Source of the DNA: Patescibacteria group bacterium
GTDB taxonomy: Bacteria; Patescibacteriota; UBA1384; XYA2-FULL-43-10; 1-14-0-10-43-13
Direction: 5' to 3'
NCBI GenBank assembly: GCA_041666325.1
Contig: JBAYHC010000003.1
Location: forward strand, 95,102-159,101
DNA length: 64,000 bases
Shown: one piece after another, positions 55,911 through 64,000 of the stretch
How the letters are laid out: each line of letters starts with the position of its first letter
Numbering within the stretch: position 1 is the stretch's first letter
Notes under the pieces: model-generated
Seen by the model: the letters and a program-made list of their open reading frames with translations, nothing else
What the model was told of the DNA's origin: nothing
Database searches by the model: none
Translations under genes and position numbers: made by a program

Positions 55911-56480
55911 TTATTTAAAAAGAAGAGATTTCACGTGTTCCCATTTTATCACCACGGTCAATATGAGAACAATGTTAATCAAGGTAAATACGACAAGGTT
56001 TTCAAACCATTTGCCTGTCACAATGCGGAAACCCTGGAATGGCTTTGGTGGAAAACCGACCATTTTTGAATAAGGGAAAAACAACGGCACGCCCTCAACG
56101 GTAACCATGTCAGCCGTTATGTGACTTAGGTAGGCCGCCATTATTGCCCCAAATGTAATAAACCGATCGATGCCCCAGTAATCTGGAAATGCACCAAGCA
56201 AAAAGTACAGACAGACGGAAAACAGAAAAGCACCGAGCAGAGAGTGAGAAAAATTTCGATGCTCGATAAATGGATCAGCTACGCGCCCGATCACCTTGCC
56301 AAGAGGAACTGACTGCCAAATCATGGCAGTACCTTGATCAAGATCAGGCAAAAGCGCAGCTAGATGAGATCCAACCAAAACTGCACCCAAAGTCGCAGAC
56401 TGATATTCGGGTTTACTTACAGTAAGCAAATATCCAAGCCCCGTTGTTATACCCAAAATTTGGTGAGTTTTTCCTGCCAT
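55911..56480 (-). CDS. YdjM-family membrane-bound metal-dependent hydrolase
   Basis: TH, LPDLD, HR..SHS, SH...D..T..G. Confidence 0.9.
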   Translation of the reverse strand: MAGKTHQILGITTGLGYLLTVSKPEYQSATLGAVLVGSHLAALLPDLDQGTAMIWQSVPLGKVIGRVADPFIEHRNFSHSLLGAFLFSVCLYFLLGAFPDYWGIDRFITFGAIMAAYLSHITADMVTVEGVPLFFPYSKMVGFPPKPFQGFRIVTGKWFENLVVFTLINIVLILTVVIKWEHVKSLLFK

Positions 56481-56547
56481 ACTTCATACTAGCACTTAGG
56501 CAGCTCTCAAAATATTGTTTAGAAAAGTAAGCCACATGTCCCTGTCA

Positions 56548-57936
56548 CTAGCTATTACTCTTTTCTGGCAGCAAGACACCGATTCTTCTGGCCAGCATTG
56601 GCACGAGCGGCATCTCAACCAAGAGCGAAATGAATATTATCCAAACTCCGACAGCAAGCGCATAACTGGAGCTTACGATTTCATAGTTGGAAACGATGAT
56701 AAGTAGGATTGCCGCAACAACCCCTGCCTCGCGAGTCAAACTTAGGAAAAATGTTTCACGCCATGAAAGCTTTCCGCTCGACACCCATGGCATGAGCGAT
56801 ATAAGTGTTACTGCCGGCCGAACAAAGAATAAAAATATTGCCGCAGACAATATTCCTATTGGTGCGAGATAGATCAAGGTATTCACAGGAACAATCAGGC
56901 CGAGAACAACAAACACAAATGGCTTAACAAGATGATCGAGTAGTTTGTCGTAGAACTTGTATGATTCTCGGAGATTACCGAAAAGATCAAGAAGTAAGCC
57001 GGCAATAAATACAGCCAAAAAGCCAGCCCCACCGGCAATATTAGCGATGACATAAATCAATATCGGCGCAGAAAGAAGCAAGGCCGGGTCCTCAGGCTCC
57101 TTCTCCTTAAGATCAGAGCAGTAAAGCCTCTTCAGAGCCAGATAGCCCAGAAACCCAACCGCCAATCCGACAACAACCTGAACAATAAAGGTAATCAGTG
57201 CTCTGTCGCCCAACAGAGGAACAAAGTAGGCAAAAACAGAATTCCTGTCAGCAATACACACCGGAACAGCGACGAGCAACAGCACTCGAGCCACAAGGCT
57301 ACCACTCACATCAGTCAAGGCGCTATCGGAGGTTGCAATTTGGCGTAATGCTTTTTTCTTAAAATGAAGTTGATTTAGAACAGGAGAGATAGTGGCAGGA
57401 TCAGTCGAGGCCAATATTGCTGAAATTATAACCAGTGAGGTCAGAAAGCTCGTTTCAGATATACCAAAATAGGAGGCGATGACATATAGAATCAGCGAGA
57501 AAGCGACAGTTGAAACCAAAACGCCGGCCAAAGAAAGTGAGGCAACCGGAAAAAAGAGATGCCGGATCTTTTTGAATGGGGTCTCTAGGCCATTGGTAAA
57601 TAAAATTATCGCAACAGCAATCTCTGCAGTCAGCTTAAACATTGAAAAATTTTGCCACAACGTGCCAATCAAAGGCTGTAGCACAAAACCGAATATGAGA
57701 GCCCAAACACAAACCGGGACAATTGTCTTGGATGATAGCCGGCCCACTGCATAGCAAAAGAAAATCGCCCCGCCCAGAACTAACAACTGTACGTCAAACT
57801 TGTTTAGACGGGTTGCGAATCCATCTTTATAGTTAACACCAGCGTAAAAAACCAGGAACAAAAAAAGAAACAACGCAACATAGGGTGCGAACGCTCGTAA
57901 TAGAGAACCTCTCATCATCCCTCCGCCGTATGACAA
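56548..57936 (-). CDS. Cation:proton antiporter (CPA1/NhaP-like)
   Basis: 'ILASTDPA', 'SALTD', 'GFLAVF.AG', many TMs. Confidence 0.85.
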   Translation of the reverse strand: MSYGGGMMRGSLLRAFAPYVALFLFLFLVFYAGVNYKDGFATRLNKFDVQLLVLGGAIFFCYAVGRLSSKTIVPVCVWALIFGFVLQPLIGTLWQNFSMFKLTAEIAVAIILFTNGLETPFKKIRHLFFPVASLSLAGVLVSTVAFSLILYVIASYFGISETSFLTSLVIISAILASTDPATISPVLNQLHFKKKALRQIATSDSALTDVSGSLVARVLLLVAVPVCIADRNSVFAYFVPLLGDRALITFIVQVVVGLAVGFLGYLALKRLYCSDLKEKEPEDPALLLSAPILIYVIANIAGGAGFLAVFIAGLLLDLFGNLRESYKFYDKLLDHLVKPFVFVVLGLIVPVNTLIYLAPIGILSAAIFLFFVRPAVTLISLMPWVSSGKLSWRETFFLSLTREAGVVAAILLIIVSNYEIVSSSYALAVGVWIIFISLLVEMPLVPMLARRIGVLLPEKSNS

Positions 57937-57985
57937 AATATCAGTTATTCAAAACCAGAATAACACCTTCTTGCGCCATCTTCAA

Positions 57986-59104
57986 TCAATCTTGTTTGAC
58001 CCGGTTTCGGAGATACCTCTTGATATCCTCCGGAAAAACAAGCCCGACTACCCTCTTCTCCTCACACACTGGGACGGCTATGACATCATTCTGATAGAAC
58101 ACTGAGACGACGTCCTCTGCTGTTTCCTTAGCCATTACACAAAGTTCCTTGTTTATTCGCTTCGCTCTGCTCGTCACTTTCGTTTTACTCCACTCCTCCT
58201 GCGGCACCCCATTCAATGCCGCCGAATTAATATAGCCCATAATTCCATCCCTATTGCCAATCGGATATCTATGTTTATGAGACAGCTCTTCTCTCTCTGA
58301 TAGATCACGAAGAGTGGCACCTGGTTGCAAAGCCCTATCTTCTCCAGACATAACGCTTTCTATCGACGCGTCACGCAATAGCGCGTGAACAACTGACTGG
58401 GCCAAACTTGATGAAGCTGCGCTCCACAGGAAAAGCCCAATCATTGCGAGCCATATTCCGCCAAAAAGATTCCCGCCAAAAGACTGCAATACTCCAAATA
58501 TTATCATCGCTCCGGCAATAAGTTTTCCGATAGATGAGGCATATCGGGTTGCTCTAATCATGTCTCCACTTCTCCACCACAACAAACTTCGAAGAATTCT
58601 CCCGCCATCCAGAGGAAAGCCAGGCAAAAGATTGAAACCAGCTAGCAAGAGATTAATAAAACCAATCGACTGAATCAGCATGGCAATTAAATTAGTATTG
58701 TTTGCCAGCAAAATCAAATCACCGGCGCCAAACAAAGCGCCCGCAATAGCAATGCTCGCAAGAGGGCCGGCTACCGCCATTTTGAATTCAGTCAGTGGCG
58801 ACGAGGGTTCCTTGGTTAGGTTGGAGGCGCCACCAAAGAGAAAAAGTGTGATTTTCTTAACAGGCAAATTATTCGATCTGGCAGATAGAGTATGGCTCAG
58901 CTCGTGCAATATTACCGAACCAAAAAACATCACTGACGCCAGGACTCCGAGCACCCCGTATACAAACAGCGATCTGCCTGGCTGCAAAATCGGCAGCAAA
59001 TTCGTTGCAAATGAAAAACTAACCAGCAGAAAGATCCAAAACCACGAATAATCGAGTGCTATTTCAACTCCACTTATTTTTCCAATGCTAATTTCACGAT
59101 TCAT
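57986..59104 (-). CDS. Site-2 protease M50 with CBS domains
   Basis: HELSH, AGPL, FNLLPGFPLDGGR, C-terminal CBS pair. Confidence 0.92.
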   Translation of the reverse strand: MNREISIGKISGVEIALDYSWFWIFLLVSFSFATNLLPILQPGRSLFVYGVLGVLASVMFFGSVILHELSHTLSARSNNLPVKKITLFLFGGASNLTKEPSSPLTEFKMAVAGPLASIAIAGALFGAGDLILLANNTNLIAMLIQSIGFINLLLAGFNLLPGFPLDGGRILRSLLWWRSGDMIRATRYASSIGKLIAGAMIIFGVLQSFGGNLFGGIWLAMIGLFLWSAASSSLAQSVVHALLRDASIESVMSGEDRALQPGATLRDLSEREELSHKHRYPIGNRDGIMGYINSAALNGVPQEEWSKTKVTSRAKRINKELCVMAKETAEDVVSVFYQNDVIAVPVCEEKRVVGLVFPEDIKRYLRNRVKQD

Positions 59105-59234
59105 GTTATTATTCCTTCCCTCGGCGGAGCTTAGACTGGAGTGTCGCAAGATTTGCGAGACAATGCTCCGTCCTTCCAAAAGTACAACAAAAAGCGACAA
59201 ACCAAAATGTCGCTTTATTCTGCCGTCACCAGAA

Positions 59235-59720
59235 CTATCTCAGCACAAATATAATGAACAACACAAGAAAGAGAAGTGAGAGAGCAAGATTTATCACCAT
59301 TCCAGCCACAGATCCGATGACACCACCTGTCGCCGCCTTAGCAGCCTGACCACGACTGCGTTTTTGCGCAGTTTCAGAAAGATAAATTCCGACAAAAAGT
59401 CCGACCAGCCCACCGAATGGCGGGAAGAGCACGAGTCCGATAATCAATCCAATAAAGCCATAATAGAGAGCGCTCTTTGAGGCGCCGCCAAACCTTGCTC
59501 CCAGAATGCCGGAGAAATAATCGACAGCCATCGAAGCGGCAGCGATAATGCCAAGCACAAACAAATCAGAGGTAGTTAGATACCAAAATTTCTCGATAAG
59601 CGCAGCAATAAGAGCAACAACAAACATGTAGGGGATACCAGGAAGTACCGGTACCAAAATTCCCACTATGCCCGGCAGCATTAAGACAGAGGAAATAATT
59701 ACAATAAGTGTGTGCGACAT
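59235..59720 (-). CDS. DUF456 membrane protein
   Basis: 'P.LPG', 'DY.SG..GA.FGGASK'. Confidence 0.85.
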   Translation of the reverse strand: MSHTLIVIISSVLMLPGIVGILVPVLPGIPYMFVVALIAALIEKFWYLTTSDLFVLGIIAAASMAVDYFSGILGARFGGASKSALYYGFIGLIIGLVLFPPFGGLVGLFVGIYLSETAQKRSRGQAAKAATGGVIGSVAGMVINLALSLLFLVLFIIFVLR

Positions 59721-59726
59721 AGTCTC

Positions 59727-60056
59727 TTAATTATTTTCATCAAGATAATCCGCTAGACGCAGGGACAACTTCGTCAGATCTCCCGAAACCAGATAGAATT
59801 CCTGAACGGCACCATGAGACCTGGCCAAACATCTCAAGCTAACGCTTGTTTGGCCTTGCAGCGTAATTCTCAAATGGTCATTATGCCGGCACAGCTTGAT
59901 CTCACCGGGATTAACAGCGGATATCTCCGGCCATCCCTCAATCTTTCTCAAAAAGGCATCAAGCTCAGGGAGAATCTGATGTTTCTTCTTAATCTTTGAA
60001 TTTCCGCGATACCTCATCATCAACTTCATTACAGGCCAAAACGATCGAAAATTCAA
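59727..60056 (-). CDS. Small protein, DUF2103-like
   Basis: 'K..H..L..L...L..I...P.I..VNPG.I', 'AR..GAVQE.Y.V'. Confidence 0.6.
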   Translation of the reverse strand: MNFRSFWPVMKLMMRYRGNSKIKKKHQILPELDAFLRKIEGWPEISAVNPGEIKLCRHNDHLRITLQGQTSVSLRCLARSHGAVQEFYLVSGDLTKLSLRLADYLDENN

Positions 60057-60082
60057 GGCTTATTGAATCTTTATCGAGACGG

Positions 60083-60523
60083 CTACTCAGCCAAGCCATC
60101 GTCCTTTGCGTACTTGCCATAGTCGTCACGATCACCAAATTTACCCTTTTTGGGCAGCAACTTCACCATGAGCTTGAATTTGCGTAACGCACCGTTCTGA
60201 TCCTCGATCTCCTCCTGCTTGCTCTCCTCCCAAACCTGGACAAGCTCAGCGGACAAAATCTCTTTGAGGGTGGTTATCTCCTCCAAATTTTCTTTGATTT
60301 CTGTCACCAACTTTTCGTTTGGGCCTCGCCCCAGGATCGCGTCCTTGATCTGTTTCTTCTTTACATTTGACGCTCTTGTCTCCTCTACTGCCTGCACATA
60401 AACCGGATCACTCTCGAGTTCAGACTTAAGCATTTCACGGGAAGCCCTATTCTGCTGCTCCAGCTGATCAATCTGTGTCAATCTCTTTTGTATCGTCAGT
60501 AAATCCATGTTCTCCTCCAACAA
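60083..60523 (-). CDS. Coiled-coil hypothetical protein
   Basis: 146-aa ORF. Confidence 0.7.
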   Translation of the reverse strand: MLEENMDLLTIQKRLTQIDQLEQQNRASREMLKSELESDPVYVQAVEETRASNVKKKQIKDAILGRGPNEKLVTEIKENLEEITTLKEILSAELVQVWEESKQEEIEDQNGALRKFKLMVKLLPKKGKFGDRDDYGKYAKDDGLAE

Positions 60524-60550
60524 ATGTACCTTAAGTTATATAGCGAGCAC

Positions 60551-60919
60551 CTATCCGTCGATAGTTCTATCGTCGTCATCACCAAAGCTCAGCCCCATCA
60601 GTGCTGATTCATACTGACTTCTGAAGCCAGTCAAATCTTCAAGCGAGAGCTGACCCTCTCTAAATCTAATAGCCATTCGCCGCGCCTTCTGTGATAAGGG
60701 CTCCATGTTTTCGGCTGAAATTCTATCATTGAGACCTTCCAGACTTGTAACCAAGTCGTTAAGTGCCGTTTGAACATTTTGCGATACTTCCTGATCAGCT
60801 TGGCCTCGAACGACCAATTCGAAACCTTCAAAGGCTCGATTGAATGAGTCCATCACATGTTGTTCGGCGATAGAGTCTCCCGCGCCTTCCGGCGCACTGG
60901 ATCCTTGAAATTCGACCAT
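60551..60919 (-). CDS. Hypothetical protein
   Basis: RBS GAGG, 122 aa. Confidence 0.65.
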   Translation of the reverse strand: MVEFQGSSAPEGAGDSIAEQHVMDSFNRAFEGFELVVRGQADQEVSQNVQTALNDLVTSLEGLNDRISAENMEPLSQKARRMAIRFREGQLSLEDLTGFRSQYESALMGLSFGDDDDRTIDG

Positions 60920-61057
60920 AAGTCCTCTCTTCCTTTGTTAGCCCGCAACAATGAAAATTAGTTACGGAAAGTAAATCTTTGTAATTGTAGCAACTTTTGT
61001 TTTTTTAAAAAAGGCCCGGACTCAAGTCCGGGTTGCAGTAGAAAAAACGAAATGTTC

Positions 61058-61249
61058 TCAAAGTACCTTTTTGGCCTCGCCAACCATGACGAGTCCTGAC
61101 AACTCAAACGGATCTTCAAGTTTGCCCTCATGATAAGGGACAGAAACAAAGTCTCGACCTGGCGGCACAACCCGTTCAGCCTCAACCGAAGCAAAAGACA
61201 CGGTATAAGACGCAAGAGACAACAATACCACATGAAACAGTGTGCGCAT
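61058..61249 (-). CDS. Small secreted hypothetical protein
   Basis: AAGGAGGT RBS, signal-like N-terminus. Confidence 0.55.
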   Translation of the reverse strand: MRTLFHVVLLSLASYTVSFASVEAERVVPPGRDFVSVPYHEGKLEDPFELSGLVMVGEAKKVL

Positions 61250-61409
61250 GTCTCCACCTCCTTAAAAGATTAATAGCAGAAAGACAAATAACTGTAAAGC
61301 AACATACCAAAAAGACCCGGGAGATGACCGGATCTTTTTGGTGAAAGTTGTTAGATATTTTCTACTCTGCCCAAACAGCAAGCTTCGACGCCGTGCCACA
61401 AAACAATAG

Positions 61410-62387
61410 TCATTTGCTCGTAGTGACAACCTTGCTCCGCAGCTTAGGATCCAAGGAAACAGAGTGTTTAGAAAGATAGTTGAACACCCCCCGTGCCGCA
61501 ATTGCACCTTCAGAACAGGCTGTTACAACTTGCCTAAATTGATCGGAAGCATTAGTTATGTCACCGGCAGCAAACATGCCTGGTATATTTGTTGACTGAT
61601 CGCTTCCAACTTTTATATAGCCGGCATCGTCTGTCGATAATCCAAGCGGCTTGATCAGCTCATTGCCAGGCTCAACTCCAATCTCTACAAAAACGCCATC
61701 TACGTCCAGCCGATCACGCCCCTGATAGCTTGGATCGACCTCAATGGAGTGAACAAATTTATCGCCGAAAATTTCCTTTACCTCTGTGTTGTAGATTATC
61801 TCGATATTATCTCTCTGTGTCGCCAGATCTGCCCAGACGGGCTCACCGCGAAGCTTTTCTTTTCTATAAATGAGATAGACTTTTTTGGCGATATCGCTCA
61901 GATAGACGGCGGAGCTGATAGCAGAATCGCCGCCTCCAACAACGGCAACTGTCTTGTCATAAAACAGGGCACCATCACAAGTGGCGCAATACGCCACTCC
62001 CCGACGAGAAAAATCCTTCTCACCAGGAACGTTCAGCTTCCGATGACGAAGCCCCATCGACAACAAGACTGCTCTGGCCCAGAATGTGCCGTTTCTTTGC
62101 GTGGTCACCTTATATCCGTTGTCGAATGAACTTATTTCTACAACACGGTCCAGAATCTCCGCTGCGCCTGCGCTCTTGGCATGCCGTTGCATTTTTGCTG
62201 CCAACTCCAGACCTGTGATCTCGTCTTCGGTCGGATAGTTGCAAACCTTATGCGACTCGCCGATGAGTCCGCCCGCAGACTCGCCGATAAGAAGATTTTT
62301 CACCTTATAACGGCTGGCATAAATACTGGCCGTATAACCCGCCGGACCAGTACCGACAATTATCAGATCATACTCATTCTCCGGCAT
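61410..62387 (-). CDS. trxB: Thioredoxin reductase
   Basis: G.GPAG, YCATCDG, GGGDSA, FAAGD. Confidence 0.93.
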   Translation of the reverse strand: MPENEYDLIIVGTGPAGYTASIYASRYKVKNLLIGESAGGLIGESHKVCNYPTEDEITGLELAAKMQRHAKSAGAAEILDRVVEISSFDNGYKVTTQRNGTFWARAVLLSMGLRHRKLNVPGEKDFSRRGVAYCATCDGALFYDKTVAVVGGGDSAISSAVYLSDIAKKVYLIYRKEKLRGEPVWADLATQRDNIEIIYNTEVKEIFGDKFVHSIEVDPSYQGRDRLDVDGVFVEIGVEPGNELIKPLGLSTDDAGYIKVGSDQSTNIPGMFAAGDITNASDQFRQVVTACSEGAIAARGVFNYLSKHSVSLDPKLRSKVVTTSK

Positions 62388-62455
62388 TTGATATCCCTTA
62401 AATAATTGTAGTGAGAAACATTATCGCAACAAAACTCGACCAGAGTGCCTCTGCC

Positions 62456-62716
62456 CTATTTGATATTCAAGAGCCGGTCAATGGCCTCTTGGTCAAAGCC
62501 AACCACAACTTCATTACCGATCCAAAGCTGCGGCACACCCATTTCGCCGGACTTATCAACCATTTGCATGGCAGCAGCGCGATTAACTGAAACGTCGACC
62601 TCTTCAAAGCTAACTCCATTTTCGTGCAAATACTCCTTCGCCCTCACGCACCAAGGACAAGTTGGCGTTGAAAATACAGTAACCTTCTTGTCACCCTCTC
62701 TTTTTTCTTCGGCCAT
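62456..62716 (-). CDS. Glutaredoxin-like (NrdH/YruB) redoxin
   Basis: CPWC, GVP. Confidence 0.92.
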   Translation of the reverse strand: MAEEKREGDKKVTVFSTPTCPWCVRAKEYLHENGVSFEEVDVSVNRAAAMQMVDKSGEMGVPQLWIGNEVVVGFDQEAIDRLLNIK

Positions 62717-62727
62717 ATGGCTCCTTT

Positions 62728-63012
62728 CTATAGCAGGTCGACTGCCTTTAATATCACTCTAACTTTTTCTAATGAATTCGTGGCAATTCGATACTGCTTG
62801 CTCTTCCCGCACTTAACTTCCTCAATAAAGCCTATCCCACGCAAATATCGAATATGGTAAGATAACAAATTTTTAGGCACCGAAAGAGTTTCAAGCAAGG
62901 TGCAGCCACAAACATCCTCACCGCACTGAAACAAACTTTTCAATATCAAAAGACGGTTTTTCTGAAAAACTCGCATCAATTCTCGATTGTTTTCTCTAAA
63001 TATGTCTGGCAT
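62728..63012 (-). CDS. ArsR/SmtB-family regulator
   Basis: 'NRL.IL..L...VC.C.L...L......LSYH...L...G'. Confidence 0.85.
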   Translation of the reverse strand: MPDIFRENNRELMRVFQKNRLLILKSLFQCGEDVCGCTLLETLSVPKNLLSYHIRYLRGIGFIEEVKCGKSKQYRIATNSLEKVRVILKAVDLL

Positions 63013-63137
63013 TATAGTTCAATCCTTGTTGAACTATAACTCAACGTTTGCCTTGAAGTCAAGTATCTAGATCAGCAAAATATCGTATCGCGGCAAGCGA
63101 CTGCACGAACCTAGCAATTTGGGCCGATCACACAGCC

Positions 63138-64000
63138 CTAACGACGCGAGATATCTAGACTCGAAGCGCCAATATTGAACTCAAAATCAATTTTTCTGAG
63201 AGCGGTAGCATAGTCGTCCGTTTCATAAGTATCAGAATCAATTTGCTTGAATCCTTCAAAGTTTTTCGACGATAGACCGGAGTCAATCTCGATCCTGGCT
63301 CCAACATTTTCCGGAACCTCAATATTGATTGAACTTGCTCCGGCCTTGATGGTGACCCTGGCACGGTCAACCTCTTCGCCCATAACCAAATTTAAACTGG
63401 ACGCGCCAGTATTGATATTGATTTCTTCTGCTTTTACACCAGAAAGATCAATGCGCATATCCATCGCACCTGTGTCGAGTGTCAGCATCATCGGAACGAC
63501 CGAGTTGAGACTAAGGTCCAACTCATTAAATTGGCGGCCAAACGGACGGGTAGTTCCCTCGCCGACAAGCTTAACCCGCTGCACATCGCTGGTGATGGTA
63601 TTTTGCGTATCAAGTCGGAGAAATTGCGATGCAAAATTTCCACTCACAAGATCACTTGATCCACCATCAATATTTAGTTTTCCGGCACCCATTTTAACAT
63701 CAATCTCTGCCCTACTGATACCAGGACTCTTGCCTATTGAAATTGCCTGCTCAGTGCGACTTGTGTTCGTGACACGGTCGTCGGGAATACCTGTTTTGCC
63801 AGTAATTACAGCCGAGACCAATACCGCAACCACAATCAAGGTCGCCAGAGCACCGATAATGACAGCAACCGTGCTCCTTCCAGAGAGCATAGAGAGACCA
63901 ATAAAAATAATTATCAAGGGCCAAAGCCTTGACCAGTCGAGGTCGAAGTCTATAACCCCAAAATTGCGCAGCAGATAAAGCGCGCCAATGGCAATTATAA
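63138..64000 (-). CDS. LiaF/LiaG-like membrane protein with beta-solenoid domain (5' end outside window)
   Basis: TMs then repeats 'GAG.L.I', 'GAS.L.L', 'VP...G.RI'. Confidence 0.75.
   Translation of the reverse strand, partial: IIAIGALYLLRNFGVIDFDLDWSRLWPLIIIFIGLSMLSGRSTVAVIIGALATLIVVAVLVSAVITGKTGIPDDRVTNTSRTEQAISIGKSPGISRAEIDVKMGAGKLNIDGGSSDLVSGNFASQFLRLDTQNTITSDVQRVKLVGEGTTRPFGRQFNELDLSLNSVVPMMLTLDTGAMDMRIDLSGVKAEEININTGASSLNLVMGEEVDRARVTIKAGASSINIEVPENVGARIEIDSGLSSKNFEGFKQIDSDTYETDDYATALRKIDFEFNIGASSLDISRR

Overview
This 64 kb window looks like a chromosomal segment of a Patescibacteria (CPR)-like bacterium. That lineage call is inferred from gene content, short intergenic palindromes and truncated HolB; standard genetic code 11 fits throughout. 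The window holds the end of a type IV pilus operon (pilN/pilO, PilX-like and Gly-rich surface proteins), a dinB plus four-helix-bundle module and a Thr-Tyr-Thr-rpmG-Trp tRNA cluster. It also has housekeeping genes (holB, rpmB, metK, cca, lon, trxB) and many single-gene accessory cassettes. The standout is a self-contained reverse transcriptase unit at about 48248-49857: sigma70 promoter, a ~220-nt structured ncRNA closed by a 10-bp a1/a2-type inverted repeat with a candidate branching G, an internal terminator, a divergent retron-like RT (YGDD, PTSQ, no NAxxH, acidic C-terminal tail) and a final terminator, with no effector gene inside the unit. Other signals not in the ORF track are two paralogous aromatic-amino-acid leader-peptide attenuators (one before pheA, one before two unknown small ORFs) and a SAM-I/IV-type riboswitch carrying three inserted palindromes. 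There are also covarying palindromic elements fused to tRNA CCA ends beside a GIY-YIG pseudogene, a 31-bp inverted repeat that encloses the four-helix gene and masks the dinB start, an IS5-type MITE and a CYTH-VIT1 fusion. All calls come from reading the sequence by eye; no searches or folding programs were run.
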